Source: an uncultured Acidobacteriota bacterium
GTDB taxonomy: Bacteria; Acidobacteriota; Blastocatellia; RBC074
Assembly: GCA_963796275.1 (NCBI GenBank)
Contig: CAWCKY010000003.1
Coordinates: forward strand, 160,001-224,000
DNA: 64,000 bases
Direction of reading: 5' to 3'
Position numbers and translations under genes: made by a program
In this document: positions 1 to 15,705 of the stretch, piece after piece
Layout: every line of letters begins with the position of its first letter
Position numbering within the stretch: the first letter of the stretch is position 1
The notes under the pieces: model-generated
The model's database searches: none
Told to the model about the DNA's origin: nothing
What the model saw: only the letters and a program-made list of their open reading frames with translations

Positions 1-130
1 GATTAGCAGGTTTGACAGGATCGGAATCGTGCTCTTTTTTTCAACGACACCCTGAATAAGGTTAAGTTCCTTAAACAATAAAGACTTGGTAACTCTGAGA
101 TGCATCTTCTCCTCCGACCTGGACTCATTT

Positions 131-362
131 TACTACTAATACTAAGAATATCTTGTTTATAAATCATAGTAGTAGTAATAGGAGTTGTGGGAAAGTTGAA
201 AAACAATCGGTATTTATTGATATATCAGTAATTAACAGTGTGAAACCTCTGTGGAAAATACTGTGAATATCGCATTTTTAGGGGCAGAATTTGTGGAAAA
301 AATCATTTCGATTAGGCTTTTCCACAGTATCCACAGCGGAGATTGAATGTATCTGTGGAAAA
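131..362. other. oriC: Chromosomal replication origin (oriC) downstream of dnaA
   Basis: DnaA-box-like 9-mers TGTGGGAAA 186, TGTGGAAAA 250/292/354, TGTGAATAT 262, TTTTCCACA 318, GTATCCACA 327; DnaA-trio run TAGTAGTAGTAATAG 167-181 next to the first box; AT-rich. Confidence 0.88.
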
Positions 363-373
363 AAAGGATAAAC

Positions 374-1777
374 CTATTTGCAACTATCAATTAGACTGTT
401 GATAAGTCTGTGGAAATGCCCGTGCTGATCATATAATGCTGTGATTTTATTTATGCTGTGCAGGACAGTTGTATGGTGTTTTCCAGCGAACTCGCGGCCG
501 ATTTCCGGAAGGCTGGCTTTCGTTAGTGTCTTACATAGATACATTGCTACTTGTCTAGGCAAGGCGATATTTCTGGCATTTGATTTTGATTTCAAGTCCG
601 CCACGCGGAGGCCATAATATTCTGCGACGACTTTTTGAATACCTTCGATCGTTATCGCTCGTTCCTGGTCCTCGACCAGGTTCTTCAAGGCTTCCTGTGC
701 CAGCGAAATATTGATCGGTTCACCGCGCAGTGAGGAGAGTGCAGTCAACCTGACGAGCGAGCCCTCGAGTTCACGAATATTTGACCTGATCTTGTTAGCG
801 ATAAAAAGGGCGACATTATCGGGCAGATCGAGTTTTTCGGACTCCGCTTTTTTGCGAAGGATCGCGACCTTGGTCTCGAGATCCGGCGGTTGGATGTCTG
901 CGATTAAACCCCATTCAAATCGCGAATGCAGGCGTTCTTCAAGCGTTGGAATCTCTCGGGGAGGGCAATCCGATGAGATGACTATCTGTTTCTGTCCTTC
1001 GTAGAGGGCATTGAATGTGTGAAAGAACTCCTCCTGAGTTTGTACTTTGCCGGCCATGAACTGGATGTCATCGATGAGAAGGACGTCAATCGATCTATAC
1101 TTCTCACGAAAAGTCATCGTCTGATTATACCTGATGGCATTAATCAACTCGTTCATGAATTTTTCCGCCGTGATATAGCAAAGCCTCAGGTGGCGATTCA
1201 GTTCTTTCACACGGTGGCCGATAGCACACATCAGATGTGTCTTGCCCAGACCAACACCCCCGTAAATGTAGAGCGGATTGTAGGTTTTCGAAGGGGCATC
1301 GGCGACTGCCAACGACGCCGCATGCGCAAACTGATTGCATGATCCAACGACGAAACTTTCGAATGAATATTTGAGATTGACCGGTAAATCGGTGGGTTCA
1401 GATTCGTTATATGACGGTTTCTGAACCTCCTTCTCGTTTGAGGTCGAGGTTACTGAAGGCGCCACACCATTGTGATTGTTCGATGAGGCGCCGTCCAATC
1501 GTTTGGTTCCGCGCCTTTCCTGCGGCTCGATTTTCGAAGATACTTCGAATGTGATAGCTCGCCCTGCTAGATCTGCCTCTTCCAGAGATTCTTCGAGAAC
1601 CTCACTGTAGTTGTTGACAATCCAATCCTCAAATACACGATCCGGCACACGCAGCCGAATTGTACCGTTATCGCTACCCGCAAAGCTTATTGGTTTGAAC
1701 CATGTTGTGAAACTTTCATGATTGACCCTCTTCTCAACTCCTGAGAGTACAGAGTCCCAAAGATTGGTCTCGCTCAT
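374..1777 (-). CDS. dnaA: Chromosomal replication initiator DnaA
   Basis: [16 protein letters not shown] Walker [20 protein letters not shown]-terminal [22 protein letters not shown]-binding domain. Confidence 0.99.
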   Translation of the reverse strand: MSETNLWDSVLSGVEKRVNHESFTTWFKPISFAGSDNGTIRLRVPDRVFEDWIVNNYSEVLEESLEEADLAGRAITFEVSSKIEPQERRGTKRLDGASSNNHNGVAPSVTSTSNEKEVQKPSYNESEPTDLPVNLKYSFESFVVGSCNQFAHAASLAVADAPSKTYNPLYIYGGVGLGKTHLMCAIGHRVKELNRHLRLCYITAEKFMNELINAIRYNQTMTFREKYRSIDVLLIDDIQFMAGKVQTQEEFFHTFNALYEGQKQIVISSDCPPREIPTLEERLHSRFEWGLIADIQPPDLETKVAILRKKAESEKLDLPDNVALFIANKIRSNIRELEGSLVRLTALSSLRGEPINISLAQEALKNLVEDQERAITIEGIQKVVAEYYGLRVADLKSKSNARNIALPRQVAMYLCKTLTKASLPEIGREFAGKHHTTVLHSINKITALYDQHGHFHRLINSLIDSCK

Positions 1778-1803
1778 AAGTCACCACCATCCGACTTGTA
1801 ATC

Positions 1804-1812
1804 TGTGGATAA
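1804..1812. promoter_or_regulatory. Perfect DnaA box upstream of dnaA (autoregulation)
   Basis: TGTGGATAA 27 bp upstream of the dnaA start. Confidence 0.8.
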
Positions 1813-2084
1813 GTCGGTATGACTACATCCGCAAAAATACAAAATATCTCCTCTTAGGAAGAATGCCCACTAAGGCACAACCATAGATTTATGATAGACT
1901 GTAGATTAAGTATGGCAGTAGCAAACTACTGTAAAATCAGCGGCTTATCTCAACTGAGACTACTGTCATCGAAGTGTTTGAAGGCTAGCATAGAGATACT
2001 GCGATTGCAAGATACATATCTGAGCAGGGCTGTGAAAATCTACCGCTCTGTGAAAAATAATTTTATCAATAAAGAGGAATAGTA

Positions 2085-4022
2085 ATGAAAATCGCGCCGT
2101 ACGGATCCTGGAGATCGCCGATAACTTCAGACTCTATCGTTTCAGGCACAGTGGGTTTGGGACAGCTTACACTTGATGGGGATGATGTGTATTGGGTCGA
2201 GACGAGGCCCACGGAAAAAGGGAGGTATACTATCGTCAAATTGAGTCCTGGTGGGGAAAGGTCTGATATCACTCCGCCGGATTTCAATGTTCGCACGCGC
2301 GTGCACGAATACGGAGGTGGAAGTTTTGCCGTGAGCGGCGGCACGATCATTTTCAGTAATTTCACGGATCAACGTCTGTATCGTCAGACAGGCGGTTCGC
2401 AAACGGAGGCGATCACTCCGCCGGCGGAGTTACGTTATGCCGATGGGGTAATTGATTTTAAGCGCAACCGTATCATCTGCGTCCGGGAAGATCACACCAT
2501 CGCGGGGCGCGAAGCCGCCAACACGATCGCCGGGATTGACCTCAAAGGCGAACTCGATCAGCAGGTGCTCGCCGCTGGCGCCGACTTTTATTCATCGCCC
2601 CGATTGAGTCCTGACGGTTCGCGGTTGGCCTGGCTTTCCTGGAATCATCCGAATATGCCCTGGGACGGTTCTGAGCTCTGGGTTGCGGATATATCGGAAG
2701 ACGGCTCGCTCGCCAATAAATCGCTGATCGCCGGTGGTATAGCGGAGTCGATCTTTCAGCCTGAGTGGTCTCCGGATGGAATTTTGCATTTCGTTTCGGA
2801 TCGCACCGGATGGTGGAATTTTTATCGTTTCTCTGATGGCAGGATTGAGCCGCTGTGCGAAATGGATGTCGAGTTCGGCCTGCCGCAATGGGGCTTCGGA
2901 ATGTCGACCTATTCATTCGCGAGCTCCAGGAAGATCATCGGCACATACGTCAAAAATGGTTTCTCGCATTTGGCTATCCTGGAAATATCGACGGGGCGAG
3001 TTGAGACGATCGAATCACCCTACACGCGGATCGAAGGGATCAAATGTTCCTCTCTGGAACCGGGCAGGGCTCTGTTCGTCGCAGGCTCTCCGCATGAATC
3101 TTCCAGTATAGTTGCATTCGATCTGACAAACAGGCGGTTTGAAACGGTGCGTCGCTCAAGCGATCTTGCTATTGATTCGGGCTACATCTCCATTCCGAAT
3201 GCAATAGAGTTCCCTACAGAAAGTGGATTAACCTCACATGCTTTCTTTTATGCGCCAGCCAATCGCGATTTCGCTTCGCCCGATGGAGAGCTGCCGCCGC
3301 TGTTGGTGATGAGTCACGGCGGGCCCACGGCCGCTGCGAGCCCTACTTTCAAACTGGGCATTCAATACTGGACGAGCCGGGGTTTTGCCGTGCTGGATGT
3401 GAATTATGGGGGAAGCACCGGTTACGGCCGCAGCTATCGCGAGCGGCTGAGGGGCAATTGGGGGGTGACTGATGTAGACGACTGCGTGAATGGTGCAAAA
3501 TATCTGGCCGAACTGGGGCGAGTGGATATGAATCGCCTCGCCATCACGGGCGGCAGCGCGGGCGGTTATACAACGCTTTGTGCACTGACATTTCGAGATG
3601 TCTTCAGCGCCGGGGCCAGCTATTACGGCGTGAGCGACCTGGAAGCGCTCGAAGTGGACACGCATAAGTTTGAGTCGCGTTACTCCCACAGCCTGGTTGG
3701 ATCGTACCCGGAAAGAGCGGACCTTTACCGCCAGCGATCTCCCATTCATTTCACCGATCAGTTAAAAGTACCGGTCATATTTTTTCAGGGGCTTGAAGAT
3801 AAAATAGTTCCGCCGAACCAGGCGGAGATGATGGTTGAGGCGCTGCGCGCGAAAAACTTACCGGTGGCATATATAGCGTTTGAAGGAGAGCAACATGGCT
3901 TTCGTCAGGCAGCCAATATCAAACGCTCGCTCGATGGCGAGTTGTATTTTTACGCGCGGGTTTTCGGATTCGAGCCTGCCGATTCGATAGAGCCGGTGGA
4001 TATCTTGAATCTTCGATCGTGA
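2085..4022 (+). CDS. S9 family peptidase (prolyl oligopeptidase / acylaminoacyl peptidase-like)
   Basis: N-terminal APYGSW, HGGP, GGSAGG nucleophile motif, QGLEDKIV and EQHGF catalytic Asp/His. Confidence 0.95.
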   Translation: MKIAPYGSWRSPITSDSIVSGTVGLGQLTLDGDDVYWVETRPTEKGRYTIVKLSPGGERSDITPPDFNVRTRVHEYGGGSFAVSGGTIIFSNFTDQRLYRQTGGSQTEAITPPAELRYADGVIDFKRNRIICVREDHTIAGREAANTIAGIDLKGELDQQVLAAGADFYSSPRLSPDGSRLAWLSWNHPNMPWDGSELWVADISEDGSLANKSLIAGGIAESIFQPEWSPDGILHFVSDRTGWWNFYRFSDGRIEPLCEMDVEFGLPQWGFGMSTYSFASSRKIIGTYVKNGFSHLAILEISTGRVETIESPYTRIEGIKCSSLEPGRALFVAGSPHESSSIVAFDLTNRRFETVRRSSDLAIDSGYISIPNAIEFPTESGLTSHAFFYAPANRDFASPDGELPPLLVMSHGGPTAAASPTFKLGIQYWTSRGFAVLDVNYGGSTGYGRSYRERLRGNWGVTDVDDCVNGAKYLAELGRVDMNRLAITGGSAGGYTTLCALTFRDVFSAGASYYGVSDLEALEVDTHKFESRYSHSLVGSYPERADLYRQRSPIHFTDQLKVPVIFFQGLEDKIVPPNQAEMMVEALRAKNLPVAYIAFEGEQHGFRQAANIKRSLDGELYFYARVFGFEPADSIEPVDILNLRS

Positions 4023-4119
4023 TTCACCGCGAAAACTAAATTGATGAAAAAACTGGCCGGATCAAGATTCCAATGGAGATTTGTCTGATGTTTATCTTGG
4101 TTTAGGGAATTCTTCCAGA

Positions 4120-5406
4120 TTATGGGCGCATCAGTATTACATCCTGCCCATTGCTGAAGATTCCGGCTACGCATCCGGTCATCAATGTCGCAAGAGTAGC
4201 GGCGAACAGAGCACGTAATCCGAGGCTCGCTAGATCATCCCGTCGCGTTGGGGCAAGTGCCGCTGTTCCGCCAACGAAGATCGCCATCGAGGCGACGTGA
4301 GCAAATCCGCATAAAGCGTAGCTCAGGATCACCACCGTGCGCGGATCGGTCAGTTGACCTGACGAGATCAAATTAGCCATATCCTGGTATGAGACGACCT
4401 CGGTTAGAATCACCCGTTCGCCCAAGAGGTGCGATGCTTCCGCGATGTCGGCTCGCGCAATACCGAGAAGCGCAGCGAAGGGGTAGAAGAGCCAGCCCAG
4501 AATTTTGACGAGAGAGATCGGCTCAGCCAATCCCAACCACTTGCTCGGTAATCCGAGAATTTTATCGAGAAGCGCGACCAGGCCCAGAATGGCAATCAGT
4601 AACGCGATGATGCCCGCGGCGAGTTTCAGGCCATCCATCGCGCCGGCGATGATCGCGCTCATCAAATTCCGTGAACGCATTTCCGGCGCTTCCGGAGGTA
4701 TGGTTGAGAACGTCTCGGGTATTTTGGTCTCAGGCAATAAGAGTTTCGTCGTCACTACTACCGCGGGGATCGAGAGTATGGAGGCAGAGAGCAAGTGACC
4801 AGCAATTTGCGGAAATGGTTTGTTCAGGAAGGCGACGTAGATGCCGAGCGTAGTTGATGCCACGGTTGCCATTCCTGTTCCGAGCACAGTGAGCAATTCG
4901 GAGCGTGTCATTTTTTCGAGGTAGGGGCGGATGACGAGCGCGGATTCTACGCCGACGAATATATTTGCCGCTCCGCATAATGATTCGGCGCCGCTGATGC
5001 CCATAGTGCGGCGAAAAATCCTGGCGAAAAAGCGAACCACGATCTGAAGCACTCGCAGATGATAGAGTGCGGCGGAGAAGGCTGAGAAGAAAATAGCCAC
5101 TGGTAAAACCTGGACGACGAGCACAAAACCGATAGATCCTTCCTCACCGGGCGCCGCGGCCAGTGGCCCGAAGAGGAATCTTGTTCCGCTTTTCGAGACG
5201 TCGAGGAGCGCGATCACGGCATCATTGATCCAGATGAATAGGCGCTGCGAGATGGGCAGGCGAAAGATCAGTAGTCCGATCGCGAGCTGCAATCCCATAC
5301 CCCAGAGCACCGTTCTCCATGGCACCTTTCGATGCTCGGACGAGAACAGCCATGCGAGGCTTGCGAAGGCAAAAAAACCGAAAGTAGAGAGTAGATGAAG
5401 AGTCAT
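4120..5406 (-). CDS. CNT (NupC-like) concentrative nucleoside transporter
   Basis: [29 protein letters not shown] motifs; multi-TM. Confidence 0.92.
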   Translation of the reverse strand: MTLHLLSTFGFFAFASLAWLFSSEHRKVPWRTVLWGMGLQLAIGLLIFRLPISQRLFIWINDAVIALLDVSKSGTRFLFGPLAAAPGEEGSIGFVLVVQVLPVAIFFSAFSAALYHLRVLQIVVRFFARIFRRTMGISGAESLCGAANIFVGVESALVIRPYLEKMTRSELLTVLGTGMATVASTTLGIYVAFLNKPFPQIAGHLLSASILSIPAVVVTTKLLLPETKIPETFSTIPPEAPEMRSRNLMSAIIAGAMDGLKLAAGIIALLIAILGLVALLDKILGLPSKWLGLAEPISLVKILGWLFYPFAALLGIARADIAEASHLLGERVILTEVVSYQDMANLISSGQLTDPRTVVILSYALCGFAHVASMAIFVGGTAALAPTRRDDLASLGLRALFAATLATLMTGCVAGIFSNGQDVILMRP

Positions 5407-5599
5407 CGTGTGTCCTAGTCAAGTGTCCTTGTATCTTGAATCGGGAGTCGAGGCTAAACTACAGTCGCGATACCGGGTCTTTTTTCAGACTCACGGCATC
5501 AGACTCTGATCTCGACCTCAACATCAATCTTGCATTGTTACTCATCTGTGTGGGAAGCTACCGCCGCAATTCATTTCCTAAAACGAGGCGAAACGGAGC

Positions 5600-6355
5600 G
5601 TGATTCTAAAAGTCTTCCCTTCAAAAATCCAACTGGCTGAGGCGGCAGCCTCACACGCCGCCGACATAATAGAGCAATCGATTGCGGAAAACGGCAACGC
5701 CCGGATAATAGCCGCCACGGGAGCATCGCAGTTCGATTTTCTGCAGTCCCTGATCGGAAGAACAGGCCTGGACTGGAAGCGAGTTGAGATGTTTCATCTC
5801 GATGAATATCTGGGTCTCCCGGTATCGCATCCGGCAAGTTTTCGCAAATACCTGCGCGAGCGTTTGATCGAGCCGACGGGGATCGAAAATTATCATCTCA
5901 TAGATTCTGAGTCTGACCCCATAGAAACCTGTCGACGGACCGGCGAGGCGCTAAATTCTGCGCGGATAGACGTAGCTTTCGCGGGCATCGGTGAGAATGG
6001 ACATCTCGCTTTCAACGATCCGCCGGCGGATTTCGATATTGAAGATGCTTATCTCGTGGTCAATCTCGATGAAGCCTGCCGGCGCCAGCAATTGGGAGAA
6101 GGCTGGTTTGCGAACCTCGATGAAGTCCCGAAGAGGGCGATTTCGATGAGCGTCCAACAACTGCTGAGGGCTCGTGAGATCATTTGTGTTGTACCGGATG
6201 TGCGCAAAGCCGAGGCAGTCAAAAACTGTCTCGAGCGTGAGATCAGCCCGCTGTTCCCCGCTTCGATTTTACGCAGGCACGAAAAAACCACCGTTTATCT
6301 TGATTCGGAGAGCGCTTCATTACTGAGCCTGGATTTACGGAAGAAGTACACTTGA
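5600..6355 (+). CDS. nagB: Glucosamine-6-phosphate deaminase
   Basis: [30 protein letters not shown] motifs. Confidence 0.9.
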   Translation: MILKVFPSKIQLAEAAASHAADIIEQSIAENGNARIIAATGASQFDFLQSLIGRTGLDWKRVEMFHLDEYLGLPVSHPASFRKYLRERLIEPTGIENYHLIDSESDPIETCRRTGEALNSARIDVAFAGIGENGHLAFNDPPADFDIEDAYLVVNLDEACRRQQLGEGWFANLDEVPKRAISMSVQQLLRAREIICVVPDVRKAEAVKNCLEREISPLFPASILRRHEKTTVYLDSESASLLSLDLRKKYT

Positions 6356-6498
6356 GAAGTCGGAAATTCAAGGCTGGGCGATACACTGAAACGATGATGA
6401 GGTTATGCATCGTTTGCTGAGTGTGAAGCTTCGCCAGCCGGGCATGAATGGAGTCCCGCACGCCGAAGCGAGCGTGCCGGGCATTTCAGAGGAGAGTT

Positions 6499-7542
6499 AT
6501 GGCGAAAAACGCGCGAACCGCAATTATTCGTTCGACACTTCTGGTAATTTTCGTATTTTCCATCTCGCTGCTGGACAAACAGGGTGGCGTGGCGACAACT
6601 CAAACGACCGAAATAAAGATCGGCATCATCGGCTGCGACACTTCGCATGTTACCGCATTCACCAAACTGCTCAACGACAAAAATGATCCGAACCACATAC
6701 CTGGTGCGCGAGTAATCGCAGCGTTCAAGGGCGGGAGCCCGGACATTGAGTCAAGCCGCAACCGCATCGAGAGGTTCACCGCCGAGTTACAGGAGAAATG
6801 GGGCGTCGAGATCGTCGGCTCGATCGAGGAGCTCTGCAAGAAGGTGGATGCCGTCTTGTTGGAGAGCGTGGATGGGCGGCCGCATTTGAATCAGGTGCGG
6901 CCGGTTCTGGCGGCCGGGAAACGCGTGTTTATCGATAAACCCTTTACAGCCGGCTATGCCGAAGCACACGAGATCGCCCGGGTGGCCCGTGAATCGAATG
7001 TGCCGTTCTTCAGTACGTCGAGTTTGCGCTTCTCCGCCGATGTACAGGCGCTCAAGAACAGTGACAAACACGGCGGCATTATCGGCGCATTCTCTTTCGG
7101 CCCCGCTCCGACGGAGCCGCATCATCCCGATCTTTTCTGGTACGGCATTCATGCGGTCGAAATGCTTTATACCCTGATGGGGACGGGTTGTGAAACGGTC
7201 ACGCGCACTCATGCGGACGGCGCCGACGTTGTGGTCGGTAAATGGAGGGATGGCCGTATCGGGATGATGCGCGGTATCCGCGAAGGAAAGCAAGATTACG
7301 GTGCGGTTGTTTTCGGAAAAAAAGCCTCGCTTCAAACTCCACTGCCGATGAAGTCAGATTACCGTCCCCTGGTCGTGGAGATCGTAAAGTTCTTTCAAAC
7401 GGGAATGCCGCCCGTGCGACCGGATGAAACGCTCGAAATCATGGCCTTTATGGAAGCCGCCGATTTAAGTAAAACGCGTGGCGGCGTCCCGGTTATGCTT
7501 TCCGAGATCACGCGGAAGTTCGGCGAGAACAGACGGCCCTAG
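6499..7542 (+). CDS. Gfo/Idh/MocA family oxidoreductase with N-terminal signal
   Basis: [23 protein letters not shown]; ATG 6499 follows GGAGAG RBS. Confidence 0.85.
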   Translation: MAKNARTAIIRSTLLVIFVFSISLLDKQGGVATTQTTEIKIGIIGCDTSHVTAFTKLLNDKNDPNHIPGARVIAAFKGGSPDIESSRNRIERFTAELQEKWGVEIVGSIEELCKKVDAVLLESVDGRPHLNQVRPVLAAGKRVFIDKPFTAGYAEAHEIARVARESNVPFFSTSSLRFSADVQALKNSDKHGGIIGAFSFGPAPTEPHHPDLFWYGIHAVEMLYTLMGTGCETVTRTHADGADVVVGKWRDGRIGMMRGIREGKQDYGAVVFGKKASLQTPLPMKSDYRPLVVEIVKFFQTGMPPVRPDETLEIMAFMEAADLSKTRGGVPVMLSEITRKFGENRRP

Positions 7543-7568
7543 CTTCAATTAAACCGAGGAAACCCAAC

Positions 7569-9009
7569 ATGAGCAAAATTTCGGTTCGCTCCTTTTCAAC
7601 TATACTGTTAGCCGCTGCCGTGGCAATCCTATCAGCTTGTAATCCCTCCGGGACGCCCGCCGGCGGCACATCGTCTGCCAACCAATCTCAAGATATGTCC
7701 GAAGTGAAAATTATTACGCTGGAACCCGGCCATTTTCATGCGGCGCTCGTTCAGAAAGAGATGTATCCGGGGGTGTCGCCGAAAGTGCATGTCTACGCTC
7801 CGTTGGGATACGATCTGACCGAACATCTCAACCGCATCGCCCGCTTCAACCTGCGGGCGCAGAATCCGACTAAATGGGAGCTCGAGGTGCATGCCGGGCT
7901 CCGATTCACTGGCCCGCCTGCTGAAGGAGAAACAAGGCAATGTGGTCGTTATCTCGGGACGGAATCGAGGCAAAATCGATCGCATAAAAGCCGCGATCGA
8001 TGGAGGGATGAATGTACTGGTGGACAAGCCCTGGATTATCAAGTCGGAAGATTTTCCCAAGCTCGAGGCGACGCTGAATGCCACGGGGAACCTCATCGCA
8101 TACGACATCATGACCGAGCGATACGAGATCACCACGATCTTACAGAAAGAGTTGCTTGCTGCCCCCGAAGTATTCGGTGAGATCGTCAAGGGGTCGGAGC
8201 AAGATCCGGCAATTTATATCGAAAGCGTTCATCACATTCTGAAAATAGTTGCCGGGGCCCCCAACATACGCCCGGCATGGTTCTTCGATGTAACGCAGCA
8301 GGGAGAAGGTGTATCCGATGTCGGCACGCACCTTGTTGATCTTGTTCAGTGGATGGTATTCCCCGAGCAATCGATCGATTATCGCAAGGACATCGACGTG
8401 CTTTCAGCCAGGCGCTGGCCGACGGTGATGACGCTCGACCAATTCAAGCGCGTAACGAACGAGCCGAAATTTCCGGAATTCCTGGATTCCAACGTGAAGA
8501 ATGAAAAACTCGATTATTTCTGCAACGGATCTATGACATACGCATTGCGAGGAGTGCATGCCAAACTGGACGTAGTGTGGAATTATGAAGCGCCCGCCGG
8601 CGGCGGTGATACCCACGTGGCCGTCTTCAAAGGCACGAAATCGCGCCTGGAAATACGGCAGGGTAAGGAAGAGGGTTGGAAGACGGAGCTGTATGTAGTT
8701 CCGAATAATCCTTCTGAAAAAGGGGAAATCCTGGCCGCACTGAAGAAGAAGGTCGATGCGCTGCAGTCAAAATACCCGGGTGTCGTGATCGAGGAGAAGG
8801 GCGAGAAGTTCAAAGTAGTAGTGCCCGACAAATTCCGCGACGGACACGAGGCTCATTTCGCCGAGGTAACCAGAAGGTTTCTTGAATATCTGCGAAATCC
8901 GCAGGCGATGCCTGCTTGGGAGAAACCGAATATGCTGGCTAAATACTATACTACGACAAAAGGGCTGGAGTTGAGTTATCGTAATGCCACGGCATTGAAG
9001 TCAGAGTGA
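7569..9009 (+). CDS. Putative lipoprotein oxidoreductase (Gfo/Idh/MocA-like), split by a +1 frameshift near 7896
   Basis: Lipobox [14 protein letters not shown] in ORF 7569; [28 protein letters not shown] in ORF 7891; removing one G in CATGCCGGG fuses them. Confidence 0.8.
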
Positions 9010-9120
9010 GATGGAAGCAAACGGCAAAAAAGAACAAAAGACAAAAAGACTCTGTCTCATTTGTCTCTTTAAACTTTTTTGCCGTTTTTACTTCAGTATT
9101 CCTCCTATACCGGAAGCTGT

Positions 9121-10488
9121 ATGAATTACAAAAATAACGTTTTAGAACTGATCGGCGACACGCCACTAGTAAAACTGAATAAGGTCTCGCGAGATTTGAA
9201 GCCGTTGGTATTGGCCAAGATGGAATCGGTCAATCCCGGCGGCAGCGTGAAAGATCGCATCGGTCTAGCCATGATCGAGCGCGCCGAGCGGAATGATGAA
9301 CTGAGACCGGGCGGCACGATAGTCGAGGCGACCAGCGGCAATACGGGTATAGGTCTTGCGCTCGCCTGCGCTATCAGAGGATATCGCAGCGTTTTCGTGA
9401 TGACTGACAAGTGCAGTCAGGAGAAGGTGCGATATTTGAAGGCTCTCGGCGCGGACGTAATTGTCGTTCCCGCAGCCGCAAAACCGGATTCGCCGGAGCA
9501 CTACGTCAACACAGCCCGCCGCATCGCTCTTGAGACTCCGAACGCTATCATGGCTTTTCAGTACGGAAACCCGGCCAATCCTGAGGCCCATTACAGAACG
9601 ACCGGTCCGGAAGTTTGGGACGCCACGGAAGGCCGCGTCACTCATTTCGTCGCGGGGATTGGCACCGGGGGCACGATCAGCGGGACCGGCAGGTTTCTCA
9701 AAGAGAAGAACCCCAATATCAAGGTGGTCGGAGCCGACCCTTACGGATCGGTCTTCAAAACATTCAAGGAGACCGGCAAGCTGATGGAGTCCACGCCTTA
9801 TCTGGTGGAGGGGATCGGTCAGGAAATTATCCCCGAGAATGTTCATTTCAAATATATCGACCAGATCGTCAATGTGACGGATCGCGATTCATTCAATATG
9901 GCGCGGCGTTTAACGCGCGAGGAAGGCATCTTCTGCGGGGGAAGCAGCGGCACAATCGCCTGGGCGGCTCTCAAGATAGCCGAGAGTTTAACTGAAGATG
10001 ATGTCATAGTCTTCATCATCTGCGACACCGGTGAGCGTTACCTGTCGAAGTTCCTCTCCGACGAATGGATGAAAGAGAAGCGTTTGCTCGGTTTCGAAAG
10101 AATGACGCTGGGTTTGATTATCGAGATGAAAATGCATGTCGCGCCGCGGCTGGTTTCGGTGACGCCGGATGATCAGGTAGCGGATGCACTACAGTTGATG
10201 AACAGTCATGGGCTCTCACAGTTGCCGGTACTGGCTGATGGCAATTCGGTCGGCAGCATTCGCGAGGGCCGCGTAATGTCGCAACTGCTCAACAACCGGG
10301 AGCTTCTGCACGCACCTGTCAGCGAAGTGATGGATGCGCCATTTCCGGTCGTGAACGAAAACGTCGAGGTCGAGCGAGCAACCAAATATCTCAAACATTC
10401 GCCGGCGATCCTTATCGAAGAATACGGGCGGATAGTCGGAATCGTTACCCGCTTCGATGTCCTGGACATCAACAGCAGTGGCGGTTAG
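9121..10488 (+). CDS. cbs: Cystathionine beta-synthase (PLP domain plus C-terminal CBS pair)
   Basis: [31 protein letters not shown]; C-terminal CBS domains. Confidence 0.88.
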   Translation: MNYKNNVLELIGDTPLVKLNKVSRDLKPLVLAKMESVNPGGSVKDRIGLAMIERAERNDELRPGGTIVEATSGNTGIGLALACAIRGYRSVFVMTDKCSQEKVRYLKALGADVIVVPAAAKPDSPEHYVNTARRIALETPNAIMAFQYGNPANPEAHYRTTGPEVWDATEGRVTHFVAGIGTGGTISGTGRFLKEKNPNIKVVGADPYGSVFKTFKETGKLMESTPYLVEGIGQEIIPENVHFKYIDQIVNVTDRDSFNMARRLTREEGIFCGGSSGTIAWAALKIAESLTEDDVIVFIICDTGERYLSKFLSDEWMKEKRLLGFERMTLGLIIEMKMHVAPRLVSVTPDDQVADALQLMNSHGLSQLPVLADGNSVGSIREGRVMSQLLNNRELLHAPVSEVMDAPFPVVNENVEVERATKYLKHSPAILIEEYGRIVGIVTRFDVLDINSSGG

Positions 10489-11678
10489 TTCTTCTGCCGC
10501 AATAAAAGCGCGCTTATCAACATATGCCTTCTCTCCCTGTTGGAAATGACCATCGCAATGGCAGCGGCGATGTATATCCCGCTGAATATGTACCTGATCG
10601 ATTCCTGGGTGAAAAAGAAATTTCCGAGGAAGAGAACCATAAGCATTATCGCCTCCCATAAAGAGAAACGGAGGTCGCAGATAACTATGGCGGCGAATAG
10701 CGATTGAGCTGATGTGAGCAATAATTCTTCCCTTTGCCGGTGATCCAATTCCATCGGGCCTAGCGATCCGGCAGAAATCGCATAGACGAGAGGGATCGCG
10801 CCGACGAGCAGAGTCCACTGGTTAACCTTGGATGATAGCAGCGCGCCAATGCCGGTAGAGCCCCTGCCCTTTAATGCGAAGAGTATTGCGATAATCACTT
10901 CAGGTGATTCGGAGGCCAGGGGAGCCAGCCATTGCACGAGCAGGAATTCATCGATGCCGAAACGCTTACCCGTATGAACCAAACCTTCAGCGAAGGGATC
11001 GGCTGACAGCCAGATGGCGAAACCGGCGAATGCAAACATCAGCAGGACCATTAACCTTCTACCCCTGTCGCCCAGTTTCCCATCGAGCCATCCTGCAATG
11101 CCTTCGGGAGCCTCTTCGTGCCTCTCACCTTGCGCGGCGCGAGCTGCATAGTACATGAACATGGCGAAAAAGATCGCCATATCTACCAGAGAGAGAGTCC
11201 CTTTGATGGGCAGGATAAACGAGTAGACGGTCGCCAGAAGAAGGAGGCTCAGCTCCAAACTTTGCGAACGGTCGAGCGGGACATCCTTTCGACGAAATCT
11301 GAAGTAGAAGATGATCGCCACCAGCGGCCAGCCGATGCCGATTAAGACACGGTTGGCGCCTGTCATGTTAGCGACCGCGTAGGCTCTATATTCCGGATTC
11401 TTGCCTGCATCCCAGGCGAAGTTGAGGTCGACCGCGTATTCGGGCAAGACGCTGATGAGCGCAAGCGCGATCAATGCCAGCGAGCGAGGAATATCGCGTT
11501 CTGAAAGCTCCGCTCCCCAGCTCAAAACGAACGCGGCGCCAATGATCGCCAGACCAGTGATGATAGAGACAAATCGCGGATTGGTTTCTAGAAGGTGGTG
11601 TTGCTGCCCCGTCAGTGCCAATATCATCCAGGGGAGCGGTAGGAGTAAGGCGACGAGCAACCAGAGTAATAATTTCAT
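10485..11678 (-). CDS. Sodium:calcium (CaCA) antiporter
   Basis: Alpha repeats [16 protein letters not shown] and [14 protein letters not shown]. Confidence 0.88.
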   Translation of the reverse strand: MKLLLWLLVALLLPLPWMILALTGQQHHLLETNPRFVSIITGLAIIGAAFVLSWGAELSERDIPRSLALIALALISVLPEYAVDLNFAWDAGKNPEYRAYAVANMTGANRVLIGIGWPLVAIIFYFRFRRKDVPLDRSQSLELSLLLLATVYSFILPIKGTLSLVDMAIFFAMFMYYAARAAQGERHEEAPEGIAGWLDGKLGDRGRRLMVLLMFAFAGFAIWLSADPFAEGLVHTGKRFGIDEFLLVQWLAPLASESPEVIIAILFALKGRGSTGIGALLSSKVNQWTLLVGAIPLVYAISAGSLGPMELDHRQREELLLTSAQSLFAAIVICDLRFSLWEAIMLMVLFLGNFFFTQESIRYIFSGIYIAAAIAMVISNRERRHMLISALLLRQKN

Positions 11679-11706
11679 TCTTATCTCGATTTCAGAGTAA
11701 TTATTA

Positions 11707-12120
11707 TTATTCGCCTATGATTTTGATAATTACTCTTTTCGACCGCTGTCCGTCGAATTCGGCATAAAAAATCTGCTGCCAGGGGCCTAAAGTTAATCGT
11801 CCATCAGTGATCGGAACGAGGACCTGATGGTGTAGTAAAAGATTTTTCAGATGAGCATCCGCATTGTCTTCGCCGGTTTGATGATGGCGATAATCGGGTC
11901 TGGCAGGCGCCAGCTTATCGAGCCATTCTTCAATATCCGCTATCAATCCGTCCTCGTCGTCATTGATATAGACGGATGCGGTGATGTGCATGGCCGAAAC
12001 AAGCGCCAGTCCTTCTTTGATGCCGCTTTCCGCTATGCCCGTCGAGAGTTCTTCCGTGATGTTAATAAAATCGCGTCGTTTTTCAGTATGGAATGTCAGA
12101 TACTTTGTGTAAGCTTTCAA
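11707..12120 (-). CDS. yjbQ: YjbQ/UPF0047 family protein
   Basis: [27 protein letters not shown]. Confidence 0.92.
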   Translation of the reverse strand: MKAYTKYLTFHTEKRRDFINITEELSTGIAESGIKEGLALVSAMHITASVYINDDEDGLIADIEEWLDKLAPARPDYRHHQTGEDNADAHLKNLLLHHQVLVPITDGRLTLGPWQQIFYAEFDGQRSKRVIIKIIGE

Positions 12121-12254
12121 TTCGGTTAGCCCTCAGAAGAGAATATAGACCAGGCAGGATACAATACTTGATCATCTGCGTCTACGATAGACAGCGGTGG
12201 GATTGAATGCTGATCGCGGGCAGGTATAATTGATATACTTGCAGAGGAGGAAAA

Positions 12255-12803
12255 ATGCCTAAAATAGCAGATATAGAATACACGCCCAATCCGAATGCGG
12301 TGAAGTTCGTTCTCAAAGAGCCGGTAACCAGCGGCGCGTCACGATCATTTCAGAACGCTGAAGCTGCTCGGTCTGATGCGCTGGCGGACTCGCTTTTCAA
12401 AGTCGGTAATGTGACGTCGGTCTTTTACATGGATCGCTTCATCACCGTGAATAAAGAAGATGAAGTCAGTTGGGAAGACTTATTGAAAAAACTTGCCGAA
12501 CCGATCCGTTCATCACCTTCGGTCGCTGATCTCCCGACAGAGGAAACGAATAAGTCGACATACATCGAGGGAGAAAATCCATTGCTGGATCGGATAAACG
12601 AAGTCTTCGATGAGAGGATCCGTCCTGGGTTAGCCGGAGACGGCGGAGGTTTGGAGATCATCGGGCTCGACGACAAAAAACTCTTGATACGCTATCAGGG
12701 TGCGTGCGGGAGTTGTCCCAGTGCCATCGGCGGAACTCTGATGGCTATCGAGAATATGCTAAAGGAAGATGTAGATCCGGATATTGAGGTCGTCTCAGTA
12801 TAA
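12255..12803 (+). CDS. NifU/Nfu Fe-S carrier protein with N-terminal scaffold domain
   Basis: [10 protein letters not shown]-terminal domain; IRPGL..DGG..GACGSCP. Confidence 0.92.
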   Translation: MPKIADIEYTPNPNAVKFVLKEPVTSGASRSFQNAEAARSDALADSLFKVGNVTSVFYMDRFITVNKEDEVSWEDLLKKLAEPIRSSPSVADLPTEETNKSTYIEGENPLLDRINEVFDERIRPGLAGDGGGLEIIGLDDKKLLIRYQGACGSCPSAIGGTLMAIENMLKEDVDPDIEVVSV

Positions 12804-12882
12804 TTGAAAATTGATATTTGATAATTCGTATGAATGGTTGCCATGGTATATACGAATTATCAATTATCAATTATCAATTTTC

Positions 12883-14805
<1,923 letters not shown>

Positions 14806-14807
14806 CT

Positions 14808-15599
14808 TCAGGACCTTTGGCGATGATGCTCTTTTTTGCAATCGTAGAGCCGTTTATCGGCTATTCGTATCAACTCGTCTGTCTCCGTAGCATCAGCCGG
14901 AAATGACGCTACACCCCAACTGATGCCGGTGATCGGATCAATTTGAGCTACAGCACAATATTCATTAAAACTCAATTCTATTCGATAAAGCAGGTTATTC
15001 ATGTCATCCCTAGAAGTCTCGGGGCAAAGAGCTGCAAACTCGTCACCTCCATAGCGGAACGTCGCATCGCTCTGGCGCAGGGACGACCGCAAAATGCGCG
15101 CAACCTGTAATAGAACCTCGTCGCCGGCGGGATGGCCCAGTTTGTCGTTCACCGATTTGAAACGGTCGATATCGAGCAGTGCTAATGATAGCTCCCGCCG
15201 ATAACGGCGAGCGCGCTCGACCTCATCGCTTAATCTCCGATCGAAAGCCGAACGATTGAGTAACGCCGTCAATGAGTCTTGCTGTGCACGTTCGGTGATC
15301 GATTGAATACGCTTATCGATGAAGCTCTTTAGTAGAACCGAAAAATGATTTTCCAATTCCTCGATCAACTGCGAATGGAGATCGATCAATTGTTCATAAT
15401 TCAATTGAGAAGAATATATTTTAACGCTTTTCCCGATGGATGCGCGCTGTGATGAGAGCTCACGGAAGATCGCATCGAGGTCATCGACATCGGCTATAGA
15501 TTGAAGTTGAAATTCAAGCTTTTGGAGCCTCTCCCGCTGCTCTTGCCAAATCTCCAGGAAGTTCTCGCTGGTCAGGACTGACATGATGATCTCTTTCAC
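14808..15599 (-). CDS. GGDEF diguanylate cyclase
   Basis: [29 protein letters not shown]. Confidence 0.95.
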   Translation of the reverse strand: MKEIIMSVLTSENFLEIWQEQRERLQKLEFQLQSIADVDDLDAIFRELSSQRASIGKSVKIYSSQLNYEQLIDLHSQLIEELENHFSVLLKSFIDKRIQSITERAQQDSLTALLNRSAFDRRLSDEVERARRYRRELSLALLDIDRFKSVNDKLGHPAGDEVLLQVARILRSSLRQSDATFRYGGDEFAALCPETSRDDMNNLLYRIELSFNEYCAVAQIDPITGISWGVASFPADATETDELIRIADKRLYDCKKEHHRQRS

Positions 15600-15705
15600 A
15601 CTATACTAAAAGGCGAGAGTCTTCGTCTCTTGGATCCTTCCGGGCGCAGATATTATAGTCTCATTGGCATAGAGATGTAACAGCAGATAGCAAAGGATAA
15701 CCGAT

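Noticed and set aside
7569-9009. Programmed ribosomal frameshifting
   Set aside because: No slippery heptamer or stimulatory structure; the shared indel context points to sequencing error
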